Shown here in pieces: positions 59,689-64,000 of a stretch of 64,000 bases of DNA (its first letter is position 1; each line of letters begins with the position of its first letter). The position numbers were made by a program, and so were the translations under genes. The stretch is from Candidatus Latescibacterota bacterium (GTDB lineage: Bacteria; Latescibacterota; UBA2968). The stretch is taken from contig OZ240241.1 of assembly GCA_965198115.1 (NCBI GenBank), positions 2,880,001 through 2,944,000 on the forward strand, read 5' to 3'. A model generated the notes under the pieces. The model had not been told where the DNA came from. It saw only the letters and a list, made by a program, of their open reading frames with translations, and ran no database searches.

Positions 59689-60159
59689 ATGAGCGAATCC
59701 CAACAAACACCGGACACGTCGGGACCCGACCTGAGACAGCGGCCACCCCGAAGCCCTCGGGTCCGCCTGGGAGGTTATGTCATTCTGCCGCGCATGTTTG
59801 ACAAGGGCCGTGCCACCATCTCCGGACAGAATGGGGAATACCGCTACGCGTGCCCCATAGACCAACACTTTCTCAGCTATGCCGGCATCGACCCGGACCA
59901 GTTGAGAGAAGAACTCGCCGCCGGTAAGGGCGATTCCGGCATCCTCGAGTGGGTTCAGGCAAATGCCAAGCACAAACGGGCACCGTGGGAGATCGGCCAG
60001 TGGTCCGCCTATCACGAAGCCCGCGTTCCCGCCGACTATGAAACTCGTGAATATTTCAACGAACTGCACAAGGCGGCGAGTGTGCTGCGCGAAGACATCA
60101 CTACCTGGTTCGAATTACTCGACCTGGACGACCACGTCACGTTCGGCGGAAGAGCGTGA
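59689..60159 (+). CDS. DUF5069-like protein
   Basis: DL..RPPRSPR..LGGY..LPRM.DK.RA...G..GEY.Y.CP.D. Confidence 0.75.
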   Translation: MSESQQTPDTSGPDLRQRPPRSPRVRLGGYVILPRMFDKGRATISGQNGEYRYACPIDQHFLSYAGIDPDQLREELAAGKGDSGILEWVQANAKHKRAPWEIGQWSAYHEARVPADYETREYFNELHKAASVLREDITTWFELLDLDDHVTFGGRA

Positions 60160-60204
60160 GGATCGAAGAAGCGGTTCCTGTAGCACCTTTCTCGTTTCAG
60201 TGGT

Positions 60205-61578
60205 GAGCTATAATCAAAAGGTGTGGAAAAAGAGAAAGGGCGACCCTACCCTTCCCGTGAGATAGTTGATTCACACAAAACCGGGTGAGAGGCCCGGTTG
60301 GGAAGGAGGATCGCCGTGAAGGAACATACGCATAGAGCCCCATTGAAGTCCATGCCGACGTGGGAGACGGTTGACGATTGGATCCGTGAAGAGATCCAGG
60401 GCCGGTTCCAGTCCATTCTGGAGGAGGAGGCGACCGCGTTCTTGGGCCGGTCGTGGTATGAGCGCCGAGCCGAGGTCGATAGCTCCAGGGGCTACAGGAA
60501 CGGCTACGGCAAGCCCCGGCGTCTCTCGACGAGCTGCGGAACGATCAAGGTCCGGCGTCCCCGGGTTCGTGGTCTGGAAGAGCGGTTTGAAAGCCGCATC
60601 CTCCCCCTGTTCGCCCGGAGAACCAGGGCCATTGGAGATCTGCTTCCCGACCTTTATCTCCACGGTCTCTCCCAGGGCGACTTCGAGTTGTCTTTGCGTG
60701 CGCTGCTCGGTGATGGCGCGCCGCTTTCGCCGACCTCGATCGCTCGTCTTCGAGGGAAGTGGGAGGTCGACTTCCAGGACTGGAAAGAAAGGCGTCTGGA
60801 TAATCGCGAACTGGTCTACGCCTGGGCTGATGGCATCTACGTCAAAGCCGGGCTCGAGCGCGAGAAGGCGTGTCTGCTGGTCGTGATCGGCGCGATGAGC
60901 GACGGCAGCAAGGAGATCCTGGCGATAGAACCCGGTTATCGAGAGTCTACAGAATCCTGGCTCACGGTGCTCCGGGATCTCCGGGATCGCGGGCTCGAAC
61001 ATCCTGTCCTGATCGCCGCGGACGGGAATATGGGCATCTGGGCGGCCGTTGATCAGGTCTGGCCAGAGAGCCGGCAACAACGGTGCTGGAACCACAAGAT
61101 CCTCAACGTGCTCGACAAGGTCGCCAAGCGTGCACAGGCTGAAGCCCGCGCACTGCTCGTCCAGATCCCCTATGCCGGCACGAAAAAGGAGGCCGAGAAG
61201 CTCCGGAAACGCTTTGCCGCACGGTATCGCTCACAGTTCCCTGCCGCCGTGGAGACGCTCGAAAGAAACTGGGATCGGATGGTCACGTTCTACGACTTCC
61301 CGAAGGAACACTGGAAACACCTGAGAACCACGAACGTCGTCGAGAGCCCCTTTGCTTCCGTTCGGCTTCGCACAAACGCCGCCAGGCGATTCAAGAAAGT
61401 CAGGAACGCCACGGCTCTCATCTGGCGTACGCTCAAGGTCGCAGAGAGCCGATTCAGGAAACTCACCGCGCCACACTTGCTACAACAAGTCTACGATCAG
61501 AAACACTCAACCGGACCGCAGGTCGAAGCCGGGAAGATGGCCGCCTGATTTCTTTTACACACCTATTGACCTGAGCTC
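60205..61578 (+). mobile_element. IS256-family element B, copy 3 (intergenic)
   Basis: 8-bp TSD tcagtggt at 60197-60204 and 61579-61586. Confidence 0.95.
60316..61548 (+). CDS. IS256 family transposase
   Basis: Near-identical to the other B copies. Confidence 0.95.
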   Translation: MKEHTHRAPLKSMPTWETVDDWIREEIQGRFQSILEEEATAFLGRSWYERRAEVDSSRGYRNGYGKPRRLSTSCGTIKVRRPRVRGLEERFESRILPLFARRTRAIGDLLPDLYLHGLSQGDFELSLRALLGDGAPLSPTSIARLRGKWEVDFQDWKERRLDNRELVYAWADGIYVKAGLEREKACLLVVIGAMSDGSKEILAIEPGYRESTESWLTVLRDLRDRGLEHPVLIAADGNMGIWAAVDQVWPESRQQRCWNHKILNVLDKVAKRAQAEARALLVQIPYAGTKKEAEKLRKRFAARYRSQFPAAVETLERNWDRMVTFYDFPKEHWKHLRTTNVVESPFASVRLRTNAARRFKKVRNATALIWRTLKVAESRFRKLTAPHLLQQVYDQKHSTGPQVEAGKMAA

Positions 61579-61617
61579 TCAGTGGTTCATCCCGCATACT
61601 CGGTAAGGAGCACGATC

Positions 61618-63243
61618 GTGTCTGAACCCATCCTGCTCACCGATGAGCAGATGCAACAGTTCATCGTAGACGGCTATCTCGTCTTCCGTCCATCCGTGCC
61701 AGACGACCTGCACGGCGTGATCTACGAGAAGCTGAATCGAATCATCGACAACGAAATTAACCCCGGGAACAACGTCCTGCCCCGGGTGCCAGAAATGCGG
61801 CACATCCTGAATTGTCCCGAAGTGCGTGGCGCTCTTATCAGCGTTCTCGGCCCGGACTACCTCGAGCACCCCCATCGCTTCTGCCATCCCCTCAAACCTG
61901 CCGAGGAGATACCGTCAGAGCAGGAACGGGAGCAGAAACTGCAGAAGAATTGTCATCAGGATGGCTACACACCCCTTGGCCATCCCCGTTATCACTACCT
62001 GCGATATGCCCGCATCATGTACTATCCGCAGGACTCCCCCGTCGAAATCGGTCCCACGCACGTCATTCCCGGTACACAGTATCACAAAGGACTGACCGAC
62101 GAGGATCGTTCACGCGCGATGCCCGTCGCGGGCGAAGCCGGTACCGTCTCCCTCACACATTTCGACGTCGGACACGCCGCGGGCGTCAGCATCCTGAAGC
62201 GTCACCGCCACATGATCAAGTTCATCTACATGCGTGCATCGGAACCGACGCGGCCCACGTGGCGATGTAGCAACACGACGTGGAAGAAACCGAGCACGTT
62301 CGAGTCCGCCCACGATCTCGATCTTGTCTGGGGGCACTGCTGGGATTGGGTGTGCGGGAAGCGCGACCGTTACGAAACCGTGAAGTCGGGCGCCCCCTCT
62401 GTGTCCGCATCGGTCGAAACACTGATCGAAGGTCTTCAACCGGACGCGGACCTGGGGACACGTCTCTCATCGGTGCAGGAACTGGCTCGATCGGGTCCAA
62501 AGGCCGCAGACGCGGTTCGCCGACTGACGGGCTTCCTCGGCGACGGCCCAAAAGCACTCCGGATCGCCTCCACCTATGCCCTCGGGGCGATCGGCGAACC
62601 CGCGATCGATGCCCTCGTCGACAACCTTCGCCAGGCGGGCCAGCGTGAAGCCGACAACGATCCTCCGGAACCCTGGTCGGAAGGCGCGATCTCGATGGAG
62701 GACGCCGCCCACGCACTCGCCGCCGTCGGCCCACCCGGCATTCCGGCGCTCATATCTCTTCTCGATCGACACGAACACGAATGGACACGCATCAATGCCG
62801 CCTTCGCGCTCGGCGAAATGGACTCGCACGCCGCCGGGGCCGTCCCCGCCCTTCTCGACTGTCTGAACGACGCTTCGCATCGCGTTGTCCGAACCGTTGT
62901 CGACGCACTCGGAAACATCCGCAGCGACGTACCGATCGAACCGATCGCCGAATTCCTCTCCACGACCCGCCCCGGATGGGACACGGAGGAGCTGCATCGA
63001 TGGTGGCGACCCGTCGACCAGGTACGCACCAACGCGGCGACCGTTTTCGCCAAGTGGGGTCCCGATGCCAGCTCCGCCGAACCAGACCTGACGACAGCCC
63101 TCGACGACCCGTGCGGCCACGTCAGCTCGTTTGCGCTCAACGCTCTTCAGCGACTCGGAACGCCGACCGCCGATCGAGCCGCAATCGATTTTCTGATGTC
63201 ACAACGCTGGGACGCGTCCATCGACCACGAACGATTGTTCTGA
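61618..63243 (+). CDS. PhyH dioxygenase fused to HEAT (PBS-lyase-like) repeats
   Basis: CHQDG, GPTHVIPGT, DVGH; then R..AA.ALG repeats. Confidence 0.8.
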   Translation: MSEPILLTDEQMQQFIVDGYLVFRPSVPDDLHGVIYEKLNRIIDNEINPGNNVLPRVPEMRHILNCPEVRGALISVLGPDYLEHPHRFCHPLKPAEEIPSEQEREQKLQKNCHQDGYTPLGHPRYHYLRYARIMYYPQDSPVEIGPTHVIPGTQYHKGLTDEDRSRAMPVAGEAGTVSLTHFDVGHAAGVSILKRHRHMIKFIYMRASEPTRPTWRCSNTTWKKPSTFESAHDLDLVWGHCWDWVCGKRDRYETVKSGAPSVSASVETLIEGLQPDADLGTRLSSVQELARSGPKAADAVRRLTGFLGDGPKALRIASTYALGAIGEPAIDALVDNLRQAGQREADNDPPEPWSEGAISMEDAAHALAAVGPPGIPALISLLDRHEHEWTRINAAFALGEMDSHAAGAVPALLDCLNDASHRVVRTVVDALGNIRSDVPIEPIAEFLSTTRPGWDTEELHRWWRPVDQVRTNAATVFAKWGPDASSAEPDLTTALDDPCGHVSSFALNALQRLGTPTADRAAIDFLMSQRWDASIDHERLF

Positions 63244-63283
63244 TGTCCTATGCACGGATCCTCCATCGAACCAAGGAGCCCGA

Positions 63284-64000
63284 ATGACCGGCCCCGAACC
63301 CCCGCGCCATCTGACCATCGCAGGTAACGGCATCGTCTCGTCGGCCTCCCCGCGGGCAGCCGCCGTCGGCCTGCGTGTGTTGCAGGACGGTGGCAATGCC
63401 TTCGACGCGGCCATCGCGACCGCATCGATCGAATGGCTCACACTTCCAGGATCGTGCGGTCTCGGTGGTGATATGTTCGCCGTCCTCCACGACGCAAAGA
63501 GCGATCGCATCAACGGCAGCGGCGTGGCGGGATCGAAGGCCAGCCAGGAGCGATACACGGCCGGGGGCGCAACCAAGATGCCGCTCCAGGGGTGGCATGC
63601 CGCCGCAGTGCCAGGGGCGCCGCACGCGTATGCCACTCTGAATCGCGAGTTCGGCTCCCGTCCCCTGTCAGAACTCCTCGCCACCGCCATCGACTACGCC
63701 GAGAGCGGCATCGTCGCGTGTGACACCGTGGCTGGCGCCATCTCGGGATCCGCGAAGAAACTCGGCCAATTCAAAGACTCGGCAGAACAGTATCTGCCGG
63801 GCGGAAGGCCGCCTGCCCGCGGTGAGCGTTGGCCAGCACCAAATCTCGCCCGCTCGATCCGAGCCCTCGCAGAAGAAGGCGCAGAGCCGTTCTACAAAGG
63901 TGCCATCGCTGAAGAGATCGTCCGAGCTTCGGATGCCGATGACGGACCTTTCACGATCGACGACTTTTCTGGACACGAAACGGACGTTTACGACCCTCCC
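63284..64000 (+). CDS. ggt: Gamma-glutamyltransferase family protein (runs off window)
   Basis: GLRVLQDGGNAFDAAIA...SCGLGGDMF...INGSG...VPGA...FYKGAIAEEIV. Confidence 0.88.
   Translation, partial: MTGPEPPRHLTIAGNGIVSSASPRAAAVGLRVLQDGGNAFDAAIATASIEWLTLPGSCGLGGDMFAVLHDAKSDRINGSGVAGSKASQERYTAGGATKMPLQGWHAAAVPGAPHAYATLNREFGSRPLSELLATAIDYAESGIVACDTVAGAISGSAKKLGQFKDSAEQYLPGGRPPARGERWPAPNLARSIRALAEEGAEPFYKGAIAEEIVRASDADDGPFTIDDFSGHETDVYDPP

Overview
GC-rich bacterial chromosome segment. Its catabolic gene set (many PhyH dioxygenases, Gfo/Idh/MocA oxidoreductases, a DUF6785-type membrane protein) resembles Latescibacterota/Poribacteria-like genomes; this taxonomy is an inference. The left ~38 kb is heavily rearranged. 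The window holds 11 apparently complete IS copies (2x IS256-A, 3x IS256-B, 2x IS630-A, IS630-B, IS1380, IS3, ISL3; ~15 kb, ~23% of the window) and many truncated genes. It also holds a decayed integrative element at tRNA-Val (tyrosine integrase, Xis-like, XRE repressor) carrying an apparently intact AEP primase-polymerase/SF2 helicase of the IS-excision enhancer (IEE/TOTE) type. A single S8 protease gene can be rebuilt in frame from four pieces. It was hit by four IS insertions and split by a ~31 kb inversion. Both inversion breakpoints are patchworks of short (10-210 bp), slightly mutated copies of nearby sequence and IS sequence. This pattern fits iterative template switching, possibly driven by the IEE-like PrimPol, but an amplification or assembly artefact is not excluded. 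The right ~26 kb is mostly ordinary metabolism (dxs, peptidases, dioxygenases, ggt) with several frameshifted pseudogenes.
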